Shown: one piece after another, positions 38,091 through 48,455 of the stretch | Layout of the letters: each line of letters starts with the position of its first letter | How positions within the stretch are numbered: position 1 is the first letter of the stretch | Origin: a virus | Lineage: Duplodnaviria; Caudoviricetes | Length of the DNA stretch: 64,000 nt | Direction: 5' to 3' (one strand) | Virus record (IMG/VR): IMGVR_UViG_2595698628_000001 | Coordinates: 6,121 to 70,120 of that record | Made by a program: the position numbers and the translations under genes | The notes under the pieces: model-generated | What the model was told of the DNA's origin: nothing | Seen by the model: the letters and a program-made list of their open reading frames with translations, nothing else | The model's database searches: none

Positions 38091-38708
38091 TTAGCCAGCC
38101 TGAGCGGCAGCGCGCCACTCGTTGTAGATGGCCTGATCCTCCTCGGTGGCGGGCACGATGATCACCGGGGCATCCTGGTTGGGCTTGCGCTCACCCTTGG
38201 CGATGCGCCCGAGCACCCAGCTGATGTTGCGATCGAGCATCCGCTTGCCCTCGCGGACCAGCGGCCCATTGAAGAACATCAGGTCATCGAGCCGGTCGCC
38301 GACCTCAAACGGCTCGCACGCCTCGTACTCGCCGAACTTGTTGGTGAAGCCGAACTCCTCGGGCAGCGTCAGCGGGATGAGGTCGACCTTGACGAACTCC
38401 TGCAGCGGCTTCTCGACCGTGCTGTACGCCGTCTTCATCGCCCCGTGCTCGGTGGTGTGGATCAGCACCAGCTGGTTGAGGAAATGCAGCGGCTTGTACC
38501 CGGTGATGCCCGCAGGCGCGGCGGGCGTGTCGAACGGGCTGGCACCCTTCTTGGCGATGGGGGTGTCGGACCCCATCGGGGCGGCGTCCGGCAGCGAGGC
38601 CGGGTCAGCCTTGGTCGCGGCCTTGGCGGCAGCGGCGGGCGCAGCCTTCTTGGCCGGGGCGGCGGTGGCGGCAGCGCCACCCTTCTTGTCAAACGGTGAA
38701 CCGGCCAT
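38091..38708 (-). CDS. Hypothetical replication-module protein (possibly SSB-like)
   Basis: AAGGAGA RBS; Ala/Lys/Pro-rich N-terminus. Confidence 0.7.
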   Translation of the reverse strand: MAGSPFDKKGGAAATAAPAKKAAPAAAAKAATKADPASLPDAAPMGSDTPIAKKGASPFDTPAAPAGITGYKPLHFLNQLVLIHTTEHGAMKTAYSTVEKPLQEFVKVDLIPLTLPEEFGFTNKFGEYEACEPFEVGDRLDDLMFFNGPLVREGKRMLDRNISWVLGRIAKGERKPNQDAPVIIVPATEEDQAIYNEWRAAAQAG

Positions 38709-38771
38709 GTCGGCGGTCTCCTTCTGTGATTGGTGCCGAGACTGAGATTGGCACTGTTGGTGGAGGTGGGA

Positions 38772-40157
38772 CTAGATCGCGTCCGCGACGGCTGCCGCGA
38801 ACTCTCCCAGGTCGTCGTCCCAAACGTCCTGGTAGGTCTCGTACACCGCCTGGCCCTCCTCGGGCGAGGCGATGCGGGTCAACGCCACGCGGGCCTGAGC
38901 CGCGCGCAGTGCTGCATCGGTGGGCATCGGCAGCGCGTGGATGCCCGCGACGCTGCGCCCGTTCTTGGAGGCCTTGCGCTCATCGCGCGCCTCAATCGAG
39001 GTGATCATGGCCTGCGCACCCCAGCTCAGGTCCATCGTGACCGCCTGCCCGCGCTCGGGCTGATCCGAGGGAATGTGCATCAGGACGGCGAACGCGGGCC
39101 GGTCGTCCTCCTCGGTGTCGTCGGGGTGCGGCACCCCATAGAGCTTGGGCATCGGCTCCCAGCCTGAGCCGTCGATCTTGAGCATCTTGGTGGCCCACCC
39201 GTACACCGCGAGCTGCACCGCATAGGTGAGCCAGCTGTACTGCAGCGTCTTGGACGTCTTGACGTCGCCGAGGATCAGGTCACCTGTGGTGATGATCTTG
39301 TAAATGCGGTCGATCTGGCCGGTGACGGTCTCCTCGCCGAGGTCATTCATCACGATGCGCTCGACGTACTGCGGCACCGCGACCAGGCCGAACCCGGCCA
39401 GAATCTCCTGGTACCGGTCGACGTACGGCTTGATGAAGTCGGGCACGTCGCGGTAGAGCACCTGCCCGAGGTCGATGGCCTCCAACCAGGCGTGGACGCA
39501 CGTCCCAAGCTCGGCGGAATCCTTGCCGCCCGTGAGGTTGTCGAGCACGTCGAGCGCCTTGTCCAGCTCGCCGACCGTCGGCGCGTCGAGGGCGGCAATG
39601 ATGGCGTCGATGGCCTCCCCAGCAGTGACATTGAACCGCTCGGACAGCTTGGTGTCGCGGTCCATCTGCGCGACCTGCAGCACGCGCTTGGCGGTCTCGC
39701 GGCGCTTCCACTTGGCCAGCCCGGTCGTGTCGTCCAGGGTGTCGGCGACGGTGGTGGCGCGCGTGAATCCGGTCGGGCGGCTGGTCTGCGGGGCGGGCAG
39801 TAGGTACTGCTTCCAGCCGTTGAACTTGGCCTTGTAGCGGGGCGGCTCCGGCGGCAGCGGGTACCCCTCCCACTCGGTTTGTCGGCCCACCAACTCGCCC
39901 GTGTCGTCAATCGCGGTCACTGCACTCTCCTCATCGTGGTTGATTGCGGCTGGCTCGCTGCCCGCCTCGCTGACGTTCTGGGCCTCCGAGGGGTCTACTG
40001 CCGGAGGCAGCGGTTCCGGCGCTCCTGGGGCGAAATAGGACTCATCCGCATAGGCCGGATTCGACGTCCACCCGGCCTGATCGCCCTTGCCGCCCCGGTA
40101 CCAGACCACGCCGTCGGGCTGACGGCGGGCCGGGAACATCTGGGCGACCGTGCTCAC
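38772..40157 (-). CDS. PD-(D/E)XK (Cas4/RecB-like) exonuclease
   Basis: GTCVHAWLE...GQIDRI...GDVKTS...QLAVY; alternative start at 39920. Confidence 0.8.
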   Translation of the reverse strand: MSTVAQMFPARRQPDGVVWYRGGKGDQAGWTSNPAYADESYFAPGAPEPLPPAVDPSEAQNVSEAGSEPAAINHDEESAVTAIDDTGELVGRQTEWEGYPLPPEPPRYKAKFNGWKQYLLPAPQTSRPTGFTRATTVADTLDDTTGLAKWKRRETAKRVLQVAQMDRDTKLSERFNVTAGEAIDAIIAALDAPTVGELDKALDVLDNLTGGKDSAELGTCVHAWLEAIDLGQVLYRDVPDFIKPYVDRYQEILAGFGLVAVPQYVERIVMNDLGEETVTGQIDRIYKIITTGDLILGDVKTSKTLQYSWLTYAVQLAVYGWATKMLKIDGSGWEPMPKLYGVPHPDDTEEDDRPAFAVLMHIPSDQPERGQAVTMDLSWGAQAMITSIEARDERKASKNGRSVAGIHALPMPTDAALRAAQARVALTRIASPEEGQAVYETYQDVWDDDLGEFAAAVADAI

Positions 40158-41848
40158 GCGGTCTCCATGCCGGGGTCGAGCACCCGCGAGGCCAGCTTGA
40201 CGCTGATCTCGTCGCTCAGCCGGGCCTTGGTCATGTCCGCGAAGTCCACGATGCCGAGCTGGCGCGCGTAGTTGCGCTGCTTCTCCGAGGGCGGCTGATT
40301 GCGACGCCACGAGGCGGTGCGGGCAGGCAACTGCTGATCGGACTCGACAATCCAGACCTCTGCACCCTCCAAGGCCTCGGGCAGGTCGACGTAATCCGGC
40401 TCATCGGCGATGTAGCGACCGGAGCCGGTGACCCACCCGCCGACGCGGGTGCGGTAGTTGATCTGGCCGATGGCCCACTTGGTCGACTCGCCAGGGCCGG
40501 GGCGCACGCCATCCTGCGGCCACACGAACACGATCTCGTTGTCGCCCATCAGGTTGATGAACGGCACGCCCGCCGGGGTCTCCAACCACAGGGTGTCGTC
40601 GTTGGCCAGCAGGTCGATGGTCACCATGTCGACCGGACCCTGGCGCACGATCTTGGTCACCACGTCGTCAAGGTCGCCGTCGAGCGGGGCGGGCGGCTCA
40701 TCGAGCAGTTCCAGCCCGGTCTCGTCCACGGCCTTGGTCTCTGCACCCGGCAACAGCTGCGTGAGGTTGACCAGCTTCATCGTGCGGGCCGACCCGGCGA
40801 GGTCGAGCACCAGGGCATCCTCTTTGCCGTCATACAGGCGCAGCGCCCGGCCCACCATCTGCGAGTACAGATTGCGGCTGCGGGTCGGGCGGGCCAGCAC
40901 CACGGTGTCGCACATCGGGAAGTCAGCACCCTCGGTGAGCACCTGCACCGTCACCAGCGCCTTGACCTCGCCGGAGCGGAACGCCGCGTACAGCGGCAGC
41001 CGGTCGTCGTAGCTGATCGAGCCGGTGACCGCGACCGCCGGGAAGTCGGCATCAGTCAGCGCCTCGGCGATGTGGTGGGCAGCGTCGACCGAGGCGGCGA
41101 AGATGATTGGGGTGCGGTCGGCGGCGTGCAGCTTGATCGCGTCCACGACGTACTGCGTTGCGGCCTCCATCACCTCGGCGAGGTCGCCCTGGTGGAAGTC
41201 GCCAGCGACGGTGCGCACGTCATCGAGCGCGTCGAGACCCTTGATCTTGACGGTGAGACCGCGCGGCTTGACCAGGAACCCCTTGCGGATGGCCCACGCA
41301 ATGTCGCGCTCATAGGCGATGTTCTCGATGACGTCGCCGAGGCCGATGACGCCGCGCTCGTTGCGGTACATGGTGGCGGTGAATCCGGCCATCAGTGCGT
41401 CGTCGTACCCGCCAAGCTCGCGGAACGTGGTGTGGAACCCCTCGGCTCCGGCGTGGTGCACCTCATCCCAGAGGATCACGTGGCGCTTGCCGAGCGCCTG
41501 ACGGCGGTGGGCGGTGGCGAGGGTCTGCAGCGTCGCGAACACGATGTCGGCGTGGCTGTCGTCGGTCTCGGCGCGCACGATGCCGGTCTTGTCGGCGTAG
41601 TGGGGCGCGACGGCGATGAAGTCGCGGCGCATCTGGTCGAGCAGTTCACCCCGGTGAGCCAGGGCCACGACACGCTGGCCTCGATCGAGGGCGCGGCGTC
41701 CGACCTCGCCGATGACGGTGGACTTGCCGGAGCCGGTAGGCAGGACCACGCCGGTACGGCTGGTGCCATCTGCCCACTTGGCCTCAACGGCGTCGGCGGC
41801 TGCGGTCTGATAGTCGCGCAGCTGGCGCGGTTCGGTGGAGGCGGTCAT
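40154..41848 (-). CDS. SF2 DEAD/DEAH-box helicase
   Basis: LRDYQ, PTGSGKS, DEVHH, TAT, QMVGRALR. Confidence 0.92.
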   Translation of the reverse strand: MTASTEPRQLRDYQTAAADAVEAKWADGTSRTGVVLPTGSGKSTVIGEVGRRALDRGQRVVALAHRGELLDQMRRDFIAVAPHYADKTGIVRAETDDSHADIVFATLQTLATAHRRQALGKRHVILWDEVHHAGAEGFHTTFRELGGYDDALMAGFTATMYRNERGVIGLGDVIENIAYERDIAWAIRKGFLVKPRGLTVKIKGLDALDDVRTVAGDFHQGDLAEVMEAATQYVVDAIKLHAADRTPIIFAASVDAAHHIAEALTDADFPAVAVTGSISYDDRLPLYAAFRSGEVKALVTVQVLTEGADFPMCDTVVLARPTRSRNLYSQMVGRALRLYDGKEDALVLDLAGSARTMKLVNLTQLLPGAETKAVDETGLELLDEPPAPLDGDLDDVVTKIVRQGPVDMVTIDLLANDDTLWLETPAGVPFINLMGDNEIVFVWPQDGVRPGPGESTKWAIGQINYRTRVGGWVTGSGRYIADEPDYVDLPEALEGAEVWIVESDQQLPARTASWRRNQPPSEKQRNYARQLGIVDFADMTKARLSDEISVKLASRVLDPGMETA

Positions 41849-41888
41849 TGGAGTCCGATCTGAGAGTGGAGGTGGAGCTGAGGCTGAG

Positions 41889-41956
41889 GGGTGTCGAGCC
41901 GACCGGCAGATCGGCCCGACACCCGAAAAGCTACCCGACGTCGGCGGGAAAGTCTA
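41889..41956 (-). promoter_or_regulatory. Repeat variant: same promoter and operator, different long hairpin
   Basis: TAGACT-17bp-TAGCTT; hairpin 41889-41924. Confidence 0.75.
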
Positions 41957-42118
41957 GGACCAACGCCGGGTGATGGAAACGGTCATCTCGTTGCGACGTG
42001 CAGCGCGGTAGGCCTTGAGCACCTGCCACACCGAGTTGCCCTCATAGAGCAACTGGTCGTGGTAGCCGTCGGGGGTCTCGTCTCGACCCTCGACGCGCCA
42101 CCTCGCCGCCCGGCTCAC
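41954..42118 (-). CDS. 54-aa hypothetical protein
   Basis: GTGA overlap; MSRAARWRVEGRDETPDGYHDQLLYEG...; stop overlaps the -35 box. Confidence 0.55.
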   Translation of the reverse strand: MSRAARWRVEGRDETPDGYHDQLLYEGNSVWQVLKAYRAARRNEMTVSITRRWS

Positions 42119-42531
42119 GGGCCGATCCAACCAGGCTCATCCCAGAGCGGCTTGTTGACCGCCTCGGGCGCGTCGCTGACCTCGTACTGCTCGACCCCGT
42201 TGCTGGCGAACGGCACGAACCGGGCCGGGTAGTAGGTGCAGCTGCTGTAGCCGTACCCCGACCCGTAGCAGCTCGACGTCGCGGCAATCGTGTGGGCCGG
42301 GGTGTAGAACTCGCGGTACCGGGTCCAGCTGCCGTCGGCGCGCCGGGCGGTGTCGCAGAGGTCGCGCTTGGTGCCCTTGCCCAGCCAGATGCCCGACGTC
42401 GTGATGCAGTGGGTGCCTGCCGGGTCGGCGGAGGCCTTGGGCGCGTCGCACTGACTGGCCCCGAGCGCGATGAGCACCGCGACGACGGCGGTGATCGCGA
42501 GCTTGGCCCCGATGGATTCCCTGATCCTCAT
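42115..42531 (-). CDS. Secreted Cys-containing protein (CDGP-like)
   Basis: Signal peptide ending ASA|DP; LCDTARRADGSWTR. Confidence 0.65.
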   Translation of the reverse strand: MRIRESIGAKLAITAVVAVLIALGASQCDAPKASADPAGTHCITTSGIWLGKGTKRDLCDTARRADGSWTRYREFYTPAHTIAATSSCYGSGYGYSSCTYYPARFVPFASNGVEQYEVSDAPEAVNKPLWDEPGWIGP

Positions 42532-42989
42532 TTGTCGACCCGCCCGCCCGCTGCAGCGGCCAGCTGGAACAGCTGAGTGAGCCGGTCGTACCCGACCAGC
42601 TTCAACTCGTTGGCGCTGATCGTGTCGCCCGTGTGCGCCTGCAGCATCGCGACCAGGCCGGGCAGGTCGCCGAGGTTCTTGACGTAATACCCGTCCGGCT
42701 TGTCGCCGGACGGCTCGCCGGTCGGGACAAAGAACTGCACGTACCCGCTGGTCGTCGCCATCAGCCGGTTCGCCTCCTTGTTGGTCGGCGGCGTGTCGTT
42801 CTTGAGGCTGCGGGTGAGGTAGTTGCGCAGGGCGGTGACCCGCTCGCGGTTGTTCTCCCACCACAGGTCGCGGTGCCGGGCCTGGTGGGCGGCAGTCTTG
42901 CGCTCCCACTCGGCAACCGCTTCATCGTGCAGAGCGATCACCGACTCAGCGGCGTCGATGAGCGCCTGCGTCTTGAACGTGACGGACAT
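42528..42989 (-). CDS. Hypothetical protein
   Basis: GAGGAGA RBS. Confidence 0.7.
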   Translation of the reverse strand: MSVTFKTQALIDAAESVIALHDEAVAEWERKTAAHQARHRDLWWENNRERVTALRNYLTRSLKNDTPPTNKEANRLMATTSGYVQFFVPTGEPSGDKPDGYYVKNLGDLPGLVAMLQAHTGDTISANELKLVGYDRLTQLFQLAAAAGGRVDK

Positions 42990-43022
42990 GTGTGTATCTC
43001 CTCGTGGTTGTGGATTGACCAG

Positions 43023-45947
43023 CTAGTCCTGGTCGTTGATCTCCGCTGCAGCTGCAGCGCGAGCCTGGTCCGGCGTGTTCACGCTCGGGATATAGCGGCT
43101 GCCGGACGGGGTGCCGGTCAGCGTCTCGATCAGCGAGTACCGCAGCGCCTTGTCGGTCGCCTCGGCAATGCGCTGCTTCCAGTACGGGCCGGTGTCGTTG
43201 CGCGACACCGCGTAATTGTCGGGCCGCACCGCCAGCACCAGGTCGCCGCGCGTGACACCCTGCTGCGGGAAACGGTCGACGTACTCGCGGATGCGGATGG
43301 CGGTCTCCACCAGCGGCTCCGGCAGCGGACGGGCCAGCACCACCTCGCCCTGCATCGGGTCGATCGCGCAGTTGGGGCCGGTGATGACCGGAGCCTTGAT
43401 GTCGGTGCCGGGCACCAGCACCCCGAGGTCGAGCATCATCAGCGGGATGGCGTCGTCAAGCTGCTCGATGTTCTTCTGCTTGGACGTCCACACCTCGATC
43501 GGCTTGCCCGGCAGCCGCCCGTCGCCGTCGCTGATCTGGTCGACCGGCCAGCGCGCCTCACGCACCAACAGCTCGGAGTCGAGCGCACCATTGAGCGCCG
43601 AGCTGCCACGTGCAGTCTCCGGCGCGCCCTTGGCGGTGTGGTGCACCACGCAGACCCCGGCGTTGGTGTGGTCCTTGAGCTTGTCGAACCGGCGGATGGC
43701 CTTGCCGACGTCGGTGGCCGAGTTCTCCTCAAGCCCAGAGGACATGCGCGCGAACGTGTCGAAGATGACCAGGCCGATGCCCTGCCGGACGATGTAGGCG
43801 GCGATGTCGCCCCACGCCTCGTTGGTCGCCTGCACCAGGATGATGCCGTTGCCGAGCAGCAGGTTGTCGTCCAGCTCGACGCCGTGCGCGGCCTCCCAGG
43901 CGCGGAGCCGCTGCACCGCCCCGGCCAGACCCTCGCCGGGCAGATAGAGCACCTTGGTCTTGAGCGTCTTGCGACCCTGCCAGCGCTTGCCGGTCGCGAT
44001 GTGGCAGGCCATGTCGAGCGCGACGCTGGACTTGCCCATGCCGGGCGGGCCGATGATGCAGCTCAGCCCGCCGTGCTCGATCAGACCGTCAATGATGAAC
44101 TCCGGCGGCGGCATATCGCGCCAGTGGGAGAACGGGGCGATGCGCGGCACGCCGTTGTGCGGCGAGTCGAACACGTCGGGGTCGGCATCGGCGACCTCAT
44201 CGGGGTACGGCGAGTCCTTGGCGACCTTGCCGAAGTCGGCGGGCAGCGCCTCCACGGACAGGTCGACCGGCGGGCGCGGCGGAGCCTCGCTGATGATCGA
44301 GGTGTCGTACCCGGCCTCCGCCTCGGCAGCCAGCGCCTCGGTGTCGACCGGCGCGGCGTTGGAGCCGACCAGGTGCCCGCCGTCGTCATCGGCGTGCCAC
44401 AGGTTGCCGTCCTCATCCTCGGCCACGGTGTCGTCGCCGTAGAGGGCGACCCACGCCCCGCACGAGCAGTAGCGCTGCGTCTCGCCGCAGTGCACGCACG
44501 CCCGGTCGCCGGGGTAGCTCGCGACGGCGGTCCACGAGTGGCTGCAGGCCTCCTGCTGCGCGTCGAGCGCTGCCTGCTCCTCGGTCTGGGTCTGCACGGT
44601 CTCGTCGGTCTCCGGCGCAGCGGGCATGTCGAAATCACCGTCGCCGGTCATGCCGTGATCGGGGTCGGGCTGGCGCGGGGCGATGTCGGGGTCGACCTCG
44701 GTGCCGGTCGGGGTGAGGTCGAGCGCGTCCATCGCCGCCCCGACCTTGCCGTCAAAGCTGATCAGGGCCACGGCCTGCAGCTTGGAGATGGTCGAGGTGC
44801 CCTTGTCCTTGACCCACGCATCGAACGGCTCCGCCGGGTTGTCGGTCCAGATGTGCAGCGGGGCATTGACCTCGGTGTAGCGACCGGCGGTGCAGCCAGC
44901 GCCGTGGGCGGTCGCCGACTTGGGACTGGCGTGGACGCCGGGCGCGGTCCACACCTCGCAACCGCAGCTGTCGGCGCGCGGTGCCGGGGTCCAGCCGAGC
45001 GGTTCGAGGATGGCAGCCCACGGGGTCGACTCCGCCCACTGGTCGATCGCGCTGGCCAGCTCGGGATTGGAGGCCTCGGCGTTGCGCTCGGCACGCTCGG
45101 CGCGCAGTGTCCCGGCCTCAATGATCTTGTCGGCCAACCAATCCGGCAGCTCATAGTCCCGGCCCACCAACTCATAGCTGCCCTCGGGCCTGGTCGACGG
45201 CGGGATGAGCACGTACCGGCGGTCCCACAGGACGGCGAACCCGTCGTCACCGCCCCACGTCATCGCGCCGAGGTTGCGCGGCAGCACCGGCCAGAGCTTG
45301 TCGGGCACCGTGAAGTAGAAATGCCCGCCGTCGGCGTGCGCCCACGTGCTCGGGTCATCGGGGTCTGCACCCTCACCGCGATGGCCGGGGGTGATCACCG
45401 TCGGAGGCGGCAGTGTGTCGTCGTCGGGGTCCAGCTCATTGGCCTCGAACCAGCGCCGCACCTGACCGGCGGTGTCGCAGTCGACCACCACCAGGCCGGA
45501 CGCGCCGACCTCGACCGCGAGGTTGACCGCAACCGGGTCGGCCATCACGATCTCGCCAGCGTCGAACCGTTTCTTGGAGTAGGTGACCTGCTGCCCGTGG
45601 TTGCCGTCCGGCGTCACCTCGACCCACGTGGAGAACATCTCGATGTAGGCCTTGAGGTACCGGTCGAGCACCGTCTTGTTGTCGGTGGCCAGGGCCAGAC
45701 CGGCGGGCGACTTGATCGCAGCCCAGTCGCGGCGTCCGGCGTCGCGGGCAGCCTCCTGAGCGGCCTTGTCGTCGGCCCGGCGCTTGGCCGGGGTCCGCAT
45801 GTCGGCGGGCACCTTGGAGTCGGGATAGATGAACAGCAGGTGCAGGCCGATGTCGGCGGCGGCACGGATGAAGCTGCGGACAGCCTCGTGGTCGGTGTTG
45901 TCGACACCGGAGCCGAGCACGGCCTGCAGCGGGGTTGATCCAAGCAT
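43023..45947 (-). CDS. Bifunctional primase/polymerase - AAA (RepA-like) helicase fusion
   Basis: LVVVDCD and GGHFYF (prim-pol); GPPGMGKS Walker A, VIFDT Walker B, VVHHTAK. Confidence 0.88.
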   Translation of the reverse strand: MLGSTPLQAVLGSGVDNTDHEAVRSFIRAAADIGLHLLFIYPDSKVPADMRTPAKRRADDKAAQEAARDAGRRDWAAIKSPAGLALATDNKTVLDRYLKAYIEMFSTWVEVTPDGNHGQQVTYSKKRFDAGEIVMADPVAVNLAVEVGASGLVVVDCDTAGQVRRWFEANELDPDDDTLPPPTVITPGHRGEGADPDDPSTWAHADGGHFYFTVPDKLWPVLPRNLGAMTWGGDDGFAVLWDRRYVLIPPSTRPEGSYELVGRDYELPDWLADKIIEAGTLRAERAERNAEASNPELASAIDQWAESTPWAAILEPLGWTPAPRADSCGCEVWTAPGVHASPKSATAHGAGCTAGRYTEVNAPLHIWTDNPAEPFDAWVKDKGTSTISKLQAVALISFDGKVGAAMDALDLTPTGTEVDPDIAPRQPDPDHGMTGDGDFDMPAAPETDETVQTQTEEQAALDAQQEACSHSWTAVASYPGDRACVHCGETQRYCSCGAWVALYGDDTVAEDEDGNLWHADDDGGHLVGSNAAPVDTEALAAEAEAGYDTSIISEAPPRPPVDLSVEALPADFGKVAKDSPYPDEVADADPDVFDSPHNGVPRIAPFSHWRDMPPPEFIIDGLIEHGGLSCIIGPPGMGKSSVALDMACHIATGKRWQGRKTLKTKVLYLPGEGLAGAVQRLRAWEAAHGVELDDNLLLGNGIILVQATNEAWGDIAAYIVRQGIGLVIFDTFARMSSGLEENSATDVGKAIRRFDKLKDHTNAGVCVVHHTAKGAPETARGSSALNGALDSELLVREARWPVDQISDGDGRLPGKPIEVWTSKQKNIEQLDDAIPLMMLDLGVLVPGTDIKAPVITGPNCAIDPMQGEVVLARPLPEPLVETAIRIREYVDRFPQQGVTRGDLVLAVRPDNYAVSRNDTGPYWKQRIAEATDKALRYSLIETLTGTPSGSRYIPSVNTPDQARAAAAAEINDQD

Positions 45948-45980
45948 CAGTGGTTGATCCCTTCGTGGTTGTGGTTGAGG

Positions 45981-46496
45981 TCAGGCTTGGCGACGGCGAT
46001 TGATCCCGGCACCGAGGGCGAGATAGGCGACGCTATCCGTCCAGCTGTCGTCGTGATCGGGGGTGTTGTTGAGACGGGCGACCTTGATCAGCGCCGACAT
46101 GATCGCGACCTGCTCGGCGGTGAGTCGCGCGCCCGGCTGCAGCACGGGCCGGAGCACGACGGTCCACAGGTCGGCGATGTCGGTGAAGTTGTCGGTGGCG
46201 TCGCCGTAGTCGGTGTTGCGCGGGCCGGTGAACAGGTCGATGGCCTCCTGAGCGACCTGCGCGGCATAGACGCCGGTCGGCTTCGGCGGATGCTGTTCGA
46301 GCACGTAGTGATAGCTCGGGCACATCACGTGGATGAACCGGCCCGGCTCGACCTCGGCGTTGATCTGGTCAGCCTTGATCGGCTGCCCGCACCTGCCGCA
46401 CGTCCGGCCCTCGACACCGAGGCTGTGCGGTGCGCCCTCGGTGTGATTCATGATCGGCGGGTTGTCGTCGTAGTCGTGGGCGGGGTCATAGCCCAT
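45981..46496 (-). CDS. DUF6378-like protein
   Basis: RNTDYG...NF..IA.LW...KVAR...DSWTDSVAY; AAGGAGA RBS; an in-frame upstream start at 46622 is possible. Confidence 0.7.
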   Translation of the reverse strand: MGYDPAHDYDDNPPIMNHTEGAPHSLGVEGRTCGRCGQPIKADQINAEVEPGRFIHVMCPSYHYVLEQHPPKPTGVYAAQVAQEAIDLFTGPRNTDYGDATDNFTDIADLWTVVLRPVLQPGARLTAEQVAIMSALIKVARLNNTPDHDDSWTDSVAYLALGAGINRRRQA

Positions 46497-46625
46497 CGGG
46501 GTCTCCTTCGTGGTTGTGGGTCGACCAGCTGCGGCGATCTCGCGCTCAAAGGCTCCGCACGTGCAGGCGATGCCGTCGGGGCGCAGGAACTCGCAACCGG
46601 GTTCGTGGAGGGTATGCCGCACCGG

Positions 46626-48455
46626 TCACACCTTGGCCCAGGCGTGGCCCATGTCGGCCCGATCGGTGCGCAAGATCGGCACGCGCTGTGCCCAGTCGAT
46701 CAGGAACGGCGGCGGGGTCAGCATGATGCGCTGCACCTCCTCGGCCACGCCCGTGTCGACCACCACCTCATCGTGCATGGCGAGGTGCAGCGCATCGCCG
46801 AGGCCTGCCCGCTCCATCTCCACGATCGTGTGGGCCAGCACGTCGTACGCCGACCCTTGAATGCAGTAGTTGACCGCCTTGTACTCGAACCCGGCGTCGA
46901 TCGGCAGGATGCGACCGGCGGCGGTGATCGTGACGCCGGTCTGCGTCGCGACGTCCATCACCCGGCTCATCCACGCCTCGCACCGCTTCATGGCGTTGAA
47001 CATCTGCCGCCTGATCTGCATCGCCGACTCCTCGGTGTGGCCGATCTTGCGGGCCAGGTTGGCGATGCCCAGCCCGTACATCGTGGCCAGCAGCACGATC
47101 TTGGCGATGTCGCGACCGGCCTTGGTCATCGGCAGCCCGCACGACCGCTGAATCGGCTCATAGAGGTCATCGCCGCGCTCGTAGCTGGCGACAAACTCGA
47201 CGTCACGCGCCATCGCCGCCATCGTGACCGGCTCGATCTGCGACCAGTCGATGGAGGTGAGGCCTTGCCCGTCGTCGCAGATCACCGGGCGGGCATCCGC
47301 CGGAAACTGCTGCAGCTCGGGCAGCCCGTAGCTCATCCGGCCCGTCGCGCTCGCGCCGAGCACGCCGACCTGCGGGTGGCAGCGCCCGGTCACCGAGGCC
47401 TGCCGGTCCACCTTGTCGAGGTAGCCCATCACCTTGTCGATCACCGCGAGCTTGCGCTGCGCAGCGGCCAACGGGTGGTCGAGGTTTTCGAGCAAGTCCT
47501 TGGTGGCCTTGAGTTTCTTGGTCGGGGTGCGCGGCCACGGCTCCGGCAGCTCACCGCGCGCGTGCAGGTACTCGATCAGCTTTGCGCCCTTGCCGGACCC
47601 GCCTTCCAGCCCGTGCACCGCCAGCTCGGCGATGGCCAGGTTGCGCTCGACGTCGACCTGCTCGGCGTACCGGTCGAGGTACGCGCGGTCGACGTTGAGG
47701 CCTTTGGCCGACCGCCGGAGCATGACGCGGTGGGTCGTCTCCTGCACACCGAGCTGCGCCTGAGCCTCGGCGGTCGTGGTCGCCCCGTACCCGGCGAACG
47801 GGTGGTCCATCGCCCACTCGGTGCACATGCCGCGCAACATCGGTTCGAGCTGCAGCGTCACCACGGTGTCGCCCATCGCACCCTGGCGATAGATCGGGCT
47901 GTCGACGTCGAGGCCTTCGTACCCGGCGGCAATCGTCTTGTACCCGGCAGCCTTGAACGCACGCTCCATCCCGCCCTTGAAGTCGGAGTACCCGAGCACC
48001 CTGATCGCCAGCGCCTCAAGGCCTTTGCGGATCATCGTGTCGGGCATCGCGAACCGGGCCAGCACCAGCGTGTCGACCACCAGGTTGATCTGGTCGAAGC
48101 TGATCAGCCCGGCGTGGTGCAGCGGCGGAATGTCGAACGGCGCGTTGTGCAGGATCAACCGGCTGGCCCGGCCCAGCAGGTCGACCGCGACCGCGTGCTG
48201 GCCGGTGTCGCGGGCCGGGTCGAGCAGGATGGCCTCGAACCGGCCATCGGGTCGGCTCCACGATGCCGTGAGGCAGTTGATCGTGAAAGCGTTGTCCAGG
48301 CCAGGGGTCTCGATGTCGATGGCCATCTGCGCACCCGCCGGAAACGTCCGGCACGCCTCGATCGCGTCGAGGCCGGTGTTCATGTAGGCCTGCAGCACCG
48401 GGTCAAACGTCCGGCGCGACGGCACGCGGGGCACTGCCGTGGTCGTCGCAGTCAT
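46626..48455 (-). CDS. polA: DNA polymerase I (family A) with 3'-5' exonuclease
   Basis: DIET, HNAPFD (exo); DWSQIE, AKIVLLATMYG, IQGSA, HDE. Confidence 0.93.
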   Translation of the reverse strand: MTATTTAVPRVPSRRTFDPVLQAYMNTGLDAIEACRTFPAGAQMAIDIETPGLDNAFTINCLTASWSRPDGRFEAILLDPARDTGQHAVAVDLLGRASRLILHNAPFDIPPLHHAGLISFDQINLVVDTLVLARFAMPDTMIRKGLEALAIRVLGYSDFKGGMERAFKAAGYKTIAAGYEGLDVDSPIYRQGAMGDTVVTLQLEPMLRGMCTEWAMDHPFAGYGATTTAEAQAQLGVQETTHRVMLRRSAKGLNVDRAYLDRYAEQVDVERNLAIAELAVHGLEGGSGKGAKLIEYLHARGELPEPWPRTPTKKLKATKDLLENLDHPLAAAQRKLAVIDKVMGYLDKVDRQASVTGRCHPQVGVLGASATGRMSYGLPELQQFPADARPVICDDGQGLTSIDWSQIEPVTMAAMARDVEFVASYERGDDLYEPIQRSCGLPMTKAGRDIAKIVLLATMYGLGIANLARKIGHTEESAMQIRRQMFNAMKRCEAWMSRVMDVATQTGVTITAAGRILPIDAGFEYKAVNYCIQGSAYDVLAHTIVEMERAGLGDALHLAMHDEVVVDTGVAEEVQRIMLTPPPFLIDWAQRVPILRTDRADMGHAWAKV

